A stretch of DNA of 64,000 nucleotides from positions 696,362 to 760,361 of the forward strand of contig NMRA01000007.1 of the NCBI GenBank assembly GCA_002633005.1. Reading direction: 5' to 3'. Below are positions 26,470 through 38,861 of this stretch, piece after piece. Made by a program: the position numbers and the translations under genes. Source of the stretch: Phoronis australis (lineage: Eukaryota > Animalia > Phoronida). Below the pieces are notes generated by a model. The model did not search any database, was not told the origin of the DNA, and saw only the letters and a list, made by a program, of their open reading frames with translations. Position 1 is the stretch's first letter; every line of letters begins with the position of its first letter.

Positions 26470-26880
26470 CTTTTTCCTCCGATTCTTCAATCAACTGTTC
26501 TTCTACCAGGATGCATACATGTCACAACAAATTATCCAAACAGATTTCATTTCATTACAAGTTTTAGTATTTTAATACCACCAAACCAAATTTCAAAACA
26601 AATTTTCTGCTGCAAAGCTGTCATCACCTCTTGAGAGATATCGTAAAAATTTAGGGAAAGGCACGTTCAATTGTCACGAGCATACTGTTATCAAATCGAC
26701 GATAGACATTTCTTTGTTACACCGGTCATTAGCTGTACACGTTGATCTAAGTTTCACGGCTAGGTGATGAGCAGAACTACCCGGGCTGTGTGAAATTTCG
26801 GGGTCTAACGGAGCTCAACACACAGTGGTATCTAGCTGCATTTTGACGATAGTCTTCATACAGCTAGCTGATTGGCTACT
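26470..26880 (+). repeat. dispersed repeat related to 39510-39718
   Basis: Shared CCGATTCTTCAATCA.CTGTTC, TGTCACAACAAATTAT, AGTATTTTAATACCA, CATACAGCTAGCTGA. Confidence 0.65.
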
Positions 26881-27060
26881 GGTAGTTTACAACATACTAC
26901 CTGGAAAAAAATTGCAAAGGAAGCTGGTACTAGCAACCGTTAATAAGCAATAATCACTTACATGAATCTCAAACTTTGAGAACCATTTCGCAGTGGCGGA
27001 TTTCGGGAGAGGGAGGCAGAGGGTTCAGGACCTATCCCCAATTAACTTGAGTAACATAAG

Positions 27061-28602
27061 TAACAAGAGCAACGTGGAGTGTTGAAATGCGCCCACAAAT
27101 GCATCGCAAACGGTGTGCTTTTATGGTTCTTTATTTGTGTCATGAAAATGGCCACTAGATGGCACAAAAACATACAATCCGGCCATCCGAAAAGGGGAAC
27201 ATGTCATTGCTTATTAAATAGAAAGTTATACACAAAATTTCATAGAAATCCATCATGGAACTTCAGAGAAACAAATGAAAACAGAATAAAATGAAATTGG
27301 CACTAGGGGGCACACTGTTCATTGGATCCGCCTGGAAGTCATCATTGTCTGTTGTTAGATTCATATAAATACACTTACTAATTTAAGAAAGACTCTGCAG
27401 GGGGCTTAGGAGATACAGATGCCTGTATTCAAAATTTTATGAAAATCCATTGAGGACCTTTGAAGATACAAAGGTAAGCGTAAAACTAAAATTGCCATCA
27501 GGGGGCACAAAAGTAGTCAGATCCATCTGAAAATTGTCATCGTACGTTGTCAACATCATATAAATACACTAACTAAATTTAGTAAAGATCGTACAAATGG
27601 TTTAGGAGATACAGCCATGGGCGCAAAAAACGAAACTGCCGCTATGAGACGGTACAGTAGTCGAAGTCATCAGAAAATCGTCACTTGTCCACTTCATAGT
27701 AAAAACATACATGCCAATTTCCACAATTATCCTGAAATCGGTTTGGTTGATAGAGGGGTGGACGCCAAAAACAGACTCAAAAACAGTACAAATGGCCACC
27801 AGGTAGAGCAAACTAGGTCGAATCCATCTAAAAAAGGAAAGATAACATCACCTCACTAACAGAAGCCTAGTATACACCAAATTTTATGAAAATACTTTGA
27901 GGACCTTTGAAGATACAGAAGTAAAAGTAAAAAAATAAAATTGCCACTAGGTGGCATAACAGTAGTCAGATCTGTCCGAAAGATGTTGTTTTCCGATGTC
28001 ATCATCATGTAAATGCACTTACTAAATATAGTAAAGATCCTGCAAACGGTTTAGGAGATATAGCAACAGACGCAGAAAAAATGCCACTAGGAGGCGCCAC
28101 AGTAGACAAAGTCGATGGGAAATCATCGTCAACCGTTCTCTTCATAGTAAGAACATACATGCCAATTTTCATAATCATGCTTCGAGCGGTTTGGTTGATA
28201 GAGGGGTGGACCCCAAAAAAACAGACGCGAAAACAGTAAAAATGGCCACAAGGTGGCGCAAACTACATCAAATCTATCCGAAAATGGAAAGGATAGCGTC
28301 ATCTCACTAATAGATGCGTATATACAAAAGTTTGTGAAAATATGTTGAGGACCTTTGAAGATACAGACAAGGTAAACGTAAAAAATAAACTAAAATTGCC
28401 ACTAGGGGGCACACCGGTAGTCGGATCCGTCCGAAAGTTCGCTCATGCCATTCCATCCATGAAAGGAACACATGTGCAAAATATCATGAACATACCTCAA
28501 TCAGTTTTGGAGATAGAGCAGCGGACGCCGGACGGACGGATGCCAGACAGACGCCGGACGGACAGACGGAGACGAGGGCATAAATATGTGGGCGCATAAA
28601 AA
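27061..28602 (-). mobile_element. DINE-1/Helentron-associated (HINE-like) element with internal ~150-bp tandem repeats, copy A
   Basis: Subterminal inverted repeat ATGCGCCCACA (27087) / TGTGGGCGCAT (~28587); GGAC/AGAC microsatellite 28520-28575; T-run 5' end and CTTGTT 3' end on the minus strand; 9 tandem units. Confidence 0.7.
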
Positions 28603-29156
28603 TGACACAGAAATATATTTTGGCATTCCTAATGTTGCTGCTAATCACGGACGTGTATTTTTGTGTTTGTGGGTGTGTGTGTTGGAACGGTGCACAGATA
28701 TCACAGATTTAAAAATGTTGCTCCCCTCGTGATATTCTTAGATACGCCACTGGCATCAAGAAAACCCAAAGTTGCAAATTCAATGACGGAATTCATGCAT
28801 TGCCAGTGACTATGTTTACTATGTAATGGCATGCTCATAACTCCCTCTTTACTGTATACTAGAGCCAGATGGAAATAAGCTTTCATATGTAGCCGGCATA
28901 GTTCCATGGACATGCCCTGCCTGGGCTGAGGCTGAGGGCACTAGTCGCACATAGCAGTACCTTGATTTTAATAACCAGGCAATCACTGAGTAACGGCCCG
29001 TTACAGTGGCGGATCTAGTATATGACAAATGGGACCTAACATTTTGTTTCAGGCAATCGCGCAAAGCATGACTGCATGTGCGCACCCGGCCCAAAATGTA
29101 GGGGGGCTCAAATTTCTAAGGATATGGACCTTTTGCTAAAAAACAAACCAGGGACT

Positions 29157-30942
29157 AAAAAAAGAGCAACGATGAGCTTTGAAATGCGCCCACGAATGCA
29201 CTGCAAATGGTGTGCTTCTAGGGTGTTTATTTCTATCATATAAATGGCCACTGGATTGAGCAAAATACTTCCAATCCATCAAAAAATAGGAAAATGTCAC
29301 CGTTTTTTAACAGAAAGCTATTTACCACATTTTATGAACATCCATCAAGGAACTTCAGAGAAACGGAGCAAAATGGAAAAATGAAATGGCCACAAGGGCG
29401 TAAAGCGTTCGTCCAATCCGTATGAAAGTTGTCTTCCGTTGTCAACTTAAACACATTTGCTAAATTTAATGAAGAACCTTCACAGGGCTTAGGAGATACA
29501 GCTAAGGGCACAAAAAACAAAACTGCCACTAGGAGGAGCCACAGTAATTGAAGTTAGAAAATCATCGTCAACCGTCCTCTTCACACTAAGACCATATAAG
29601 CCAATTTTCACAATCATCCTAAGAGTGGTTTGGTACAGATGGCGGATGCCAAAAACAGACAAGATAACAGGAAAAATGGCCACTAGATGGCGCAAAATAC
29701 TTCCAATTCATCAAAAAAAATAGGAAAATGTCACCGCTTTTTAACAGAAAGCTATTTACCAAATTTCATGAAAATTTGTCGAGAAACTTCAGAGAAACAA
29801 GAAAACAGAAAAAAAAAATTGCCACTAGGGGACACAATGTTTGTTGGATCCGTCTGAAAGTCATCGTCTTCCGGTGTTAACTTCATACTGATATAAATAC
29901 ATGTGCTAAATTTAATAACGATCCTGCAGAGGGCTTAGGAGATACAGGTATGGGTGCAAAAAAAAAACAAAACTGCCATTACGGGGTGCCACAGTAGTCA
30001 AAGTCATCAGAAAATCATTGCCAATCATCCACTTCATAGTAACAACATACATGACAACTTTCACAATCATCCTTAGAGTGGTTGGTTGACGGAGGGACAG
30101 ACGCCAAAAAACAGACTTGAAAACAATAAAAATGGCCACTAGGTGTGCAAAATATCTCGAATCCATCCGAAAACGAGAGGATAGCGTCGCCTCTTTAATA
30201 GATGCCTATGTGGAAAATTTTATGGAAATCCGTTGAGGACCTTTGAAGATACAGAGTTAAACGTAAAAAAACTAAAATTGCCACTAGGGGACACACTGGT
30301 GGTTCAATCTCCGAAAGTTGTCGCCGTCCGTTGTCAACTTCATGCAAATACTTGTGCTACATTTAATAAAGATTTTGTAGAGCATTTAGGAAATACAGCC
30401 ATGGGCACAAAAACAAACAAAACTGCCATTAGGAGGCGCTACAGCAGTCGAAGTCGTCGGAAAATCATCGTCAACCGTCCTCTTCATAGTAAGAACATAC
30501 ATGCCAATTTTCATAATCATCCTTAGAGTGCTTTGGTTGATAGATCGGGGGTGGTTGCCAAAAAACGGACTCAAAAATACTAAAAATGGAAACTAAATGG
30601 CGCAAAATGCTTCGAATCCATCCGAAAACGAGAGGATAGCGTCACCTCATTAATAGATGCCTATGTGCCAAATTTCATGAAAATCAGTCGATGGAGGACC
30701 TTTGAAAATACAGAGGCAAACAAAAAAACTAAAATTGCCACAAGGGGCACAGCGGTATTCAGGTCGGTACGAAACTCGTCGCCCTCTGTCGTTCAATCCC
30801 ACTGAGGAACACGTCCTGCCAAATTTCAGATAGATGGTCCTACCGGCGAGTGCAAGAGCTGGTTTATGAGATACAGCCGCAGATGCTCAGACAGAGATGA
30901 CAGCAATATGCACCCACATATAAATATGTGGACACATAAAAA
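29157..30942 (-). mobile_element. HINE-like element copy B with 11 tandem units in a ~450-bp trimeric higher-order repeat
   Basis: Same start (AAGAGCAACG...GAAATGCGCCCAC) and terminal hairpin ATGCACCCACATA-TAAA-TATGTGGACACAT; units homologous to copy A. Confidence 0.7.
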
Positions 30943-31329
30943 ACGGGAAACGGTTGTGCTGGTGGTCGGAGTCAGACACTTGCAATATGCAATAGGGTCT
31001 AGTAAGCCTCGGACCCCTCCCCACTACACACACACACAAATTAACACACAAATTTAAGTTGCACACATTCTTAGATCTTGTTTCAGTCGCATGTTAATTA
31101 CCGGGTTAATTAATAAACTCAATATTTCCTCACCCTCTTGCTATTTGCGGCAGCCAAGGCTGGTCACCCCCCACCAAACTAACCGGCAGTCAGGGCAGGC
31201 GAACCTACACTACCCACAGCTCTTAAACTATTTCACAGTTGAGTTATATTCTAACCTCAAGTTGTTTATGATAAAATGCACAGTGCTTGTCCCCACACCG
31301 TGTTTTAACTTTCGAGTCGACCTTTCGCA

Positions 31330-31500
31330 TTTTCGCTGCTTTTTAAAGTTCGTGATTTGCCGCGCCATTATTCGGAAGTTGCTCTTTCTGAAAGGAGGTA
31401 AGTTGTTGTTCTCATGCTTTACTTCCGTGTTCCGAGGAAGTACGCCGTTCTCCGGCGTTCTTATAGGATCCTAATGTGCATTTTTGTCCTCAAGATTGTT
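31330..31500 (+). promoter_or_regulatory. ARPIN promoter / 5'UTR with ETS (CGGAAGT, ACTTCCG) and YY1-like (GCCAT) motifs; probable short 5'UTR intron starting at 31398
   Basis: CpG-richer patch just before the ATG; CGGAAGT 31373, ACTTCCG 31421, GAG|GTAAGT donor at 31398. Confidence 0.45.
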
Positions 31501-31505
31501 TAACA

Positions 31506-31597
31506 ATGAGTAGAATTTACGACAATAAGCCTCTGTCAACTATTCCTGTACAGAATATCTCGTGGTCTTCTGACTGGTCGGTTGGTAACTTCCAGCA
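31506..31597 (+). CDS. ARPIN: ARPIN (Arp2/3 inhibitor) coding exon 1 (MSRIYDNKPLSTIPVQNISWSSDWSVGNFQ)
   Basis: MSRIY N-terminus as in vertebrate Arpin; CA|GTAAGT donor; 92 nt, phase 2. Confidence 0.9.
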
Positions 31598-32420
31598 GTA
31601 AGTTTTCTAACTTGGTTAGCAAGCGATAGTGTTGGTTGTTGATGAATGTGGTGCTGTTCACTCACCATAAATAAGTTTCCCTCATACCTGGTAGTCTGTT
31701 ATGCCAACAAGAACATTGATACTTTCAACGACTCAAAAAAATTCTACAGACCTTATACACGAGTCCAGTTTTGAGTCGAACATGTGTCGCTTGGTCGAGA
31801 ACTAAGAGTGGTGCTAGGTATAGGCAACACGTAGCCCCTCGGTTGGCCGGTTAGGTTAGGGGCTACAATACTTCCCATCGCTTTCTGTACGAATTTCGTC
31901 CCGTGTATTCTAAACGGGCGGTAGGCCAAATCTGGCCACCGATTAAGACTCTCACCTCGTCAAAAATACATTCCACACTTATAATCACTTAAAAAAGTGC
32001 TTACTTTCTTCAGTGGTCCTTTCTACTTCTACACATATCTTCGATGAAGTTTAGTTACGAGAATTAAGGTGGCTTTGGCAAAGAATTCCAAGTCCACTTT
32101 TTTGGTCACCATTAACTTTTTCACCACGCGCGCGATAACCACAAAGTGTTTCAACTGAGTCACGTGAGTTAGGCAAAGGCTAGCACAAGACTGTGCGAAG
32201 CGTGTGACGCTGGCACGTGACACTTGCAAAATAGCATGGGAAGGTATCAGGTGAAATTAGTAAGATTTGTGTCCCTTGGATTTTTTATTCGTCACCATGC
32301 GTGATTTCACGTAACATCCTCAAAATAGCACCCGGTAAGAGAAATTCAAGCAAACCGCAACAGATTTTCAGTGATTTGTTCAAATTATGTTGACTGAATC
32401 GCCTCCAGACTTCTGGTATG

Positions 32421-32927
32421 CAGGGCTTGGAATTTTCCGCGGAAACGCGGATTTCCGCTTTTTTCAAGTGTTCTGTCCGCGCATTTTATTATATTTCCGC
32501 GTAAAAACAAATCGGATTTTATATAAAATTTCCACGGCAAATTCCTTTCTTACCGCTGCGTTGCAGACGACGTTCACCTCGAAAAGCGGAAGTTGCTCTT
32601 TATGTTTCGGAGGAACGTAAATTGTCAACATTGCTGGGGCATCTGGGTAAGCGTTGTGGGATTTTCAAATGCGTCTCGTGTTACTGTAAACCGCGGCGAC
32701 AAAGACTACGGCTCTGCAGCCAAAAATGTGTGGGTTGGGAGTGGAAGGACGAGCTAAAAGGACGCAGACGCATGCTAGTGATGGTGGTAACGTTTTTTTT
32801 TTCTTTTTTAGTCCTCCCGACTTTTGTCGGGGAAAGGTTTACATCGACCATTTCAAGGCTGGGTAGCGTGTATGTTTTGGGCCGTAAAAGTTTCTGCGTT
32901 TTTTGTCATTAGTCATTCTAAGCCCTG
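32421..32927. mobile_element. hAT-like MITE in ARPIN intron 1
   Basis: TIRs CAGGGCTTGGAAT / ATTCTAAGCCCTG; CGCGGAAA subterminal repeats; no clear 8-bp TSD. Confidence 0.6.
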
Positions 32928-35388
32928 GGCATCCAGGGTGATGTAATTGCCTAGGTGCTTGGCAGCCAGATACATAGGAGCCTGACAATAAAATGAAGAT
33001 TCCTTTTAAATTAAATTTCTTAATACCCAAATTGTTCCTGAAATTAGTTTTTACATGATCTCAGGATCTCTGCTTCGCTGATCAGCCATTCCGGGGCACA
33101 TCTATACATGGATCCATGTGGGTAATCAAACAATTATCTTCTCAGCCAGGACCATAAACCCTTTGTTAAGGTGACTTAAGTTACACTGTCTAAGACAGTT
33201 AATACTCAATACTAAGACCAGGCTTTACAAAGAACTGCTTTCATTGACCTTGCATTTTCACTTTTAACTGGCCAACAATATAGTTGATAGTAAAAAACAA
33301 TAAATATGACACCGGCAACAGATTATTCAGTACCTGATGAAAACTGACATGGCCAGAAGCATTGGGAAACCAGTCGGTGGTATCTTGTAGTTGGACAATG
33401 CTTCTCTAAAGCAACTGGTTTCGTCCGCCCTTGATATCACCAAAGTTGATCTAAGCTCCTATTGTGTTGTACAAGACAATTACTCCATTATTGATGTTTT
33501 CACACCAATAAAATAAAATGTAAAGGACAGAAACTGGTAATTTTTTAATGTGTTTGAAATTGAATTCCTTGTGAAAAGTTAGTGTAGAATCCTTCTTTCG
33601 CAAAAGAAATATGATAAAAATTGATCTGAATACTGTAGTGGGTTTTTCTTTGTTGACAACAGTTTTGAATTGTTGCATGTTTACATTAATGTATTTATTC
33701 ACTGTGACATGATACAAAAGACTGAGTCTGGCGATTAACAAAAGAAAGATTGATATCACGCCTCTGAAAACCAGTGTCCTCTGGAATACGGATTACAGTA
33801 GTTAGTTGTAGTGATATGAAAGCCAGGGTGTCAATGTGAAATTGTTGGCGACTAGTGAAATGAGTGAAGGGACTCATTGTAATCTGGGAACCGCCAAACA
33901 CAAAACTGATGGCACCTTGTGTGAAGTTTACCATGCAATGTGGATTTTGTGAAAAGAAATAAATATTTGTCTTGGGGGTTAATTGTCAACCTTCAGCAAT
34001 TTTTTCAAAAATTTCACGGCTCAGTTTTGTGGCCTGGAGCTTACCAATGCGACCTCATGTTTTTTAGCAACTGGCAGAGTGAAAATGCAAAGTTGTCACA
34101 GAGTCCACTTAGTTGCGCACACATCCGAGCACACGCTCAAAATACTACAGGAAGTAAACGGACAAGAGTTGGAATTGTCCTGCAAAAGCCTTAAGAGCCC
34201 ATTGTGACCCATGTACAGTGGGATTGCTGATCCTGAGGAGGAAACTGGGCAATGTGGGGCAGGCGCCACACTTCTAACTCGGACAAAACAAAAAAGTAAA
34301 AATGCCATCCAGATGTACTAGTGGAAATTTGGTTGTTGTTTTTCAATTCAGTTGTCAATTTTTTCAAGTTCCACTGTTGCTATGCATTCATGTATCATTT
34401 GCGGAGACCGTGACTTTTTTAATGTCTATCACGTATGGAGTTCTCTTGGTTTGCTGAGCTCATTGCTCATTTGGCCATTTCCTGAGAATTTTCTCATGTT
34501 GCATTCGGGTGAGTTATTGTTATAGTTACTGTGGAGCCCTGCATGTTGTTTGAAAATTATATTTTTCTAGTAAGTGCTGCCCTTAACTACATTTCTTTTA
34601 ACACATTTTTTATGCACCAAATATGCAATTTAAGCTTGAGTCTGATTTCTTTTAAATTCAATAACCTGGTAAATCGTTATCCATTTTAGGCCTTTTGATT
34701 TTCGATGCTTTTAGCAATTTTGGTCGTCGATTTCTCTTTACCATGTGGGTCATTTCAGTCTTATTTTATCATCTGTGTCCAAGGGAATCGTGTCTTAGTC
34801 AGCTTTTTTATTTTGCGTCACACAGCGGAGACATCCACTGTCAAATGAAAACTTGTAATGTTGATTTTCTAAAATGTCTAAAAACAGACTTTGATGATTG
34901 TAATTTGTTTTGTTTGAGAGTATGATCCCTACAAGGTAAGAATACAGTACCTCCACTTATTTTGTGCAAACAGAATTGCCAAAATTTTCTTTATCCACTT
35001 TCCAAAGACTGATGAAATTTACCAAAATTGTCTTATGACAGTGCAAACCGTGCCAGAAATGGACTAAAATTTTCATGATCGTCATTTTTGTGGAGAAATT
35101 AGACAAAATAGAAGTTGCCCTGTTGGCCGTATTTTGTATTAAATAATTCTGTGAAGAACTTAACTGTATACAGGACAAACACAGTCTCGTGCTGTCTAGT
35201 TTTTTAGAAGTTCATTTTCAAAGCAAAAAATAACTGTTTTGACAGGATTGCAGCGTGTATTAGAATTTTGTAGTGGTCTAGGATTCCAAAAATATGCTTT
35301 CATGGGTTGAAAAGGGACAAAGAAAAGTTGTTTGATGTCTTGTGAAAAGATTTTGGGAAGGGTCTGATCTGTGTTTCGTTTGTTCCAG

Positions 35389-35461
35389 AGGACAAGGTGT
35401 CATCTTGGAAGGAACCATTAGAACTAGAGCAAGAGTTGCCATTATTGCAAATGATGCCAAG
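35389..35461 (+). CDS. ARPIN: ARPIN exon 2 (GQGVILEGTIRTRARVAIIANDAK)
   Basis: ttccag acceptor, AAG|GTATTG donor, phase 2->0; aligns to Arpin GNGVLLEG. Confidence 0.9.
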
Positions 35462-35731
35462 GTATTGTTTTGTTCCTAATTTTGGTGAATAAAAGTGAAT
35501 TTCTTACTTAGTATCTCACTATTTTTGTTCACAATGTGCATTTACACGACATTATAATTCTGTCAACTTCTTGTTAAAATTCATGTCTCAAACATCCAAT
35601 TTTACATTCTAGTTTGACCTTTAATGACAATTCTGTGACTGCTTTGTTTTGGATTTTTTAGTTCAAATTGGAATTATTTACTGTCGAATAGTTTCATTAC
35701 ATGATTGTGTGAGTCTTGTTTTCATTTTCAG

Positions 35732-35864
35732 GCCAGGTATTTTGTTTTCGCAATTTTTATCAAACAAGCTCATCGTCGAGTGTTTGACAAATCAGGAAAA
35801 GAAATGGAGCCCAACTTTAGTCAGACTCAGAAAGTAAGAACAGGTTACCTGCACTCTTCATACA
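35732..35864 (+). CDS. ARPIN: ARPIN exon 3 (ARYFVFAIFIKQAHRRVFDKSGKEMEPNFSQTQKVRTGYLHSSY)
   Basis: Arpin motif HRR.FD..G.E.EPNFS.T.KV.TG.L.SSY; ttttcag acceptor, A|GTAAGT donor, phase 0->1. Confidence 0.95.
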
Positions 35865-36386
35865 GTAAGTGTTGGACTCACAAGGTTTCATTTCTGTCAT
35901 TACAACACCAAATTAATGCTTTTACCTGTTGATCAAATTTTGTACCATAGCTATTAACAGGTAATATTTTGAAAAATACTAATTTTCTCAACTTTTTTGA
36001 GAACTCTGAAAAATGAAAACGAACAATTTTCAAATTAATTCCAATCATCAAACAGATTCTAAGCTGAATATTTGCTTACCGTGGTGCCATTGGGCAACTT
36101 GTTTGGAAACTGTTCATAACACAGATTTGTGGCATACCCGTTTGATTATAAAACAAGAGAGACATTCCTTTGTTTTTAATGAATTTTAAGATTTGCTTAT
36201 TGACTATTTGTTACTCACTTTCTCTGAGTTTTAATTTTTGATTTTGTTACATACATATTTGCAAATAGTTAGAGATTTGGAGTACTGTGAATTGGGTTCT
36301 TGCCTTCTGCTTTTTTCCATTTTTCTTTCTTTCCTTCTTTGCCTCCTAATCATTCCGTTCACTAGGCTTTGCCGTCATCGTTGTAG

Positions 36387-36593
36387 AAACTGATGCCAAA
36401 GGTGTGAGTGACTGTCTCAGTACTGCAGAGTTGTGCAGACTGATCAATAAAGACGAACTGTCAGGAATTGTTAAGACTTCCACAGGTGAAAATGAGGTGC
36501 TCTTCTGGATGGATGAGTCATCGTTAGCAAACATTGATTTACAAAACAGTGATGAGGTTCGCCTCAAGACGAGAGGCGATGGACCCTTCATAG
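36387..36593 (+). CDS. ARPIN: ARPIN exon 4 (KTDAKGVSDCLS...VLFWMDES...VRLKTRGDGPFI)
   Basis: VRLKTRGDGPF Arpin signature; tgtag acceptor, G|GTAATT donor; 207 nt, phase 1->1. Confidence 0.95.
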
Positions 36594-37713
36594 GTAATTA
36601 GCTTGTGATCCATAACAATGCTTACAGCTGAATAAAATATGCAAGCCATTGTGTTGCTATTGTTGGTAATGGTGGTTGTCATGGTTACTACTGTATAGGT
36701 ATTGATAACCCCTGTCTTCAAGCACTGCACAGAACAGAATATATAAATTATCACATGGCCAGGCTGCTAGGTGTAGACCATCAGTGGGATTTGGAAGAAT
36801 TATCACCAGCCCTGAGGTTGGTAATTCCTCTGAATTTCACGAGGAGTTTGGATACTGAAAATAGCTACCAAGGAAATGGAATGATCTATTTGTCCCACAA
36901 TATTCAACTTTTGTTGTGTTTGATGTTGGTCATCTCTATCATGAAAAGAATCCTACGGTGACACTGTAACCAGTCGAGATTGGACAACTCGACCAGTTTG
37001 CACACCACAAAATCTGCCGGTTCACATCAAAGACACCATGCTGTTGTGGTTAAGGAAATCACTTCAGGCTGCTGATGTTATGGTTATCTAGATAATGAGA
37101 CAATCATGAACACATTGGGGCCGACAATAGTGTTTTTAAATTTTTGTTTTGAAAGTTTGTAAATAGCATATTTTGAATAGTTTGTGAAAAGCCCACACGT
37201 GATTATTAAGTTTTTGAATTTTGAAAATTGCATAACTTTTACAAACTAAAACGTTTGTTTAATTCTGTAATAATATGTTCCTTATGAATTCTACTGGGTG
37301 AGAAACGTTATTGGGCCAATTACTAAACCACTAGGCAGCTTTTGGATTTTGAAGTAAGCCAAGTGCTGTACATTTCTTGGCATGATGTAGCGAAGTGAAA
37401 ATTGTAACTGAGCTATATATATGCTATCACTAGCAGTTTTTTACTGTTCAGGCTTGCATTGAGGGTATAAATCTCCATATCCATTGTGTAATTCCCAGGG
37501 AAAGGGATAAAGCAGTGGTGGGTGTTAAACCGAACGCAACAAAACATGTCTGGTTAAACTGCAACTTTGGGGTTGACCATTAGCAGAACGTGGGTGTTAA
37601 CACAAACAAACACGGTCTTGTAGCAGTACAATGACGATAGATGTCTTACGGGTGTCACTGAGTAAAATAGATGTACTTAGTGTCTGGGAAGAATGATACT
37701 ACCACATTATGGT

Positions 37714-37880
37714 TGATATTGTCAAAGGGACAGCATTGTCTTGATAGTGTCAAAGGGACAGCATTGTCTTGATAGTGTCAAAGGGACAGCATTGTCTTGA
37801 TAGTGTCAAAGGGACAGCATTGTCTTGATAGTGTCAAAGGGACAGCATTGTCTTGATAGTGTCAAAGGGACAGCATTGTC
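37714..37880. repeat. 28-bp perfect minisatellite (GTGTCAAAGGGACAGCATTGTCTTGATA) x~5.7
   Basis: GTCAAAGGGA at 37721, 37749, 37777, 37805, 37833, 37861. Confidence 0.95.
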
Positions 37881-38032
37881 GGCTTGAAAAGTAACTTCAC
37901 ATTAGCTAACAATAGCACGGAATCAAACCCACTAGCTCCGCTACACCAGACGAGTGTTCTGCTGTTGAACCAAATATTATGCGTTAAGTAAAGTATTTTG
38001 AGGGTAGCACTTAAGCACCCTTAAAAGATATA

Positions 38033-38100
38033 CCGACTTTGATTTCAGTGAATGTCCAGCAGACGATGACAAAAATTGGCGATTTATGATAAAATCTTAA
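38033..38100 (+). repeat. dispersed repeat related to 48408-48475
   Basis: CTTTGATTTCAG.GAATGT...GCAGAC.ATGACAAAAATTG..GATTTATGATAAAATC in both. Confidence 0.7.
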
Positions 38101-38706
38101 AAATACAGTGGGTTTTGTTGTTTTGCTCTGGTCAAAATTCATGACTTCATGAAGTCCATCCCATCAAAAAGTAATCCCAAAAACGCAGTTTTCAGCTGTA
38201 AAAACAATGTTGAGATTATGATTTTAAGCTCAATGTCTGTTGAAGGTATTTTGAATTAAAATCCTAGAATAGCTAAAACTCCGACATGCAACTCTTTAAC
38301 TCTTTGAGAGCACGAAATTGATTTTCTCTTGACTCAATTTCAAATCCTGTGTTGAAAAATTGGGAGAGTGGCAAAGAAGACGGAATGTTTTATTCACTGA
38401 CATTGCGTAACATTGGACGGTTTTGTATGCATCATTTGAGCATCCCGTTGTCATGGTAACAAGATGACATCATTATTGTGAAGAGTTTTACTTAAAAAAT
38501 TCGAAATCAATCCGCTGTCTCAAGTTTCTCAATAGTGACTGGTTAACTGTGGGTGGTGGTGATGGCCATCAAGCCACGAAGGTTATTTGATTATGTTTCT
38601 GCTTTATTAGAATAGAACGTACCTCATTAGCAAAATGTCCGCGCGTTATTAACATTTGACGGTTACACTGACAGACAGATAATTACAGAGTTCTGTTTAA
38701 TTACAG

Positions 38707-38861
38707 AGTCCATTGCCAAAGTAAATCAGATGACAAATACTGTATGTAATTATGCTGGAGGGGAGAGTGTGGGCTCATCTTGGACGGATAAAGTTATGGC
38801 CGTCAAGCAACAGGTGGCAGCAGTGCAACAAGAAAATGAAGGAGTTGATGATGACGAATGG
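38707..38861 (+). CDS. ARPIN: ARPIN exon 5 (ESIAKVNQ...CNYAGGESVGSSWTDKVMA...EGVDDDEW)
   Basis: CN..G....G.SWTD..MA motif and acidic tail with Trp; TGG|GTAAT donor, phase 1->0. Confidence 0.95.

Noticed and set aside
27061-30942. CRISPR-like array (conserved short core with variable spacers)
   Set aside because: The spacers are homologous to each other (tandem/HOR units), there are no cas genes, and the context is eukaryotic with TE-like termini
37714-37880. 28-bp repeat of CRISPR-like length
   Set aside because: Head-to-tail copies with no spacers; this is a minisatellite
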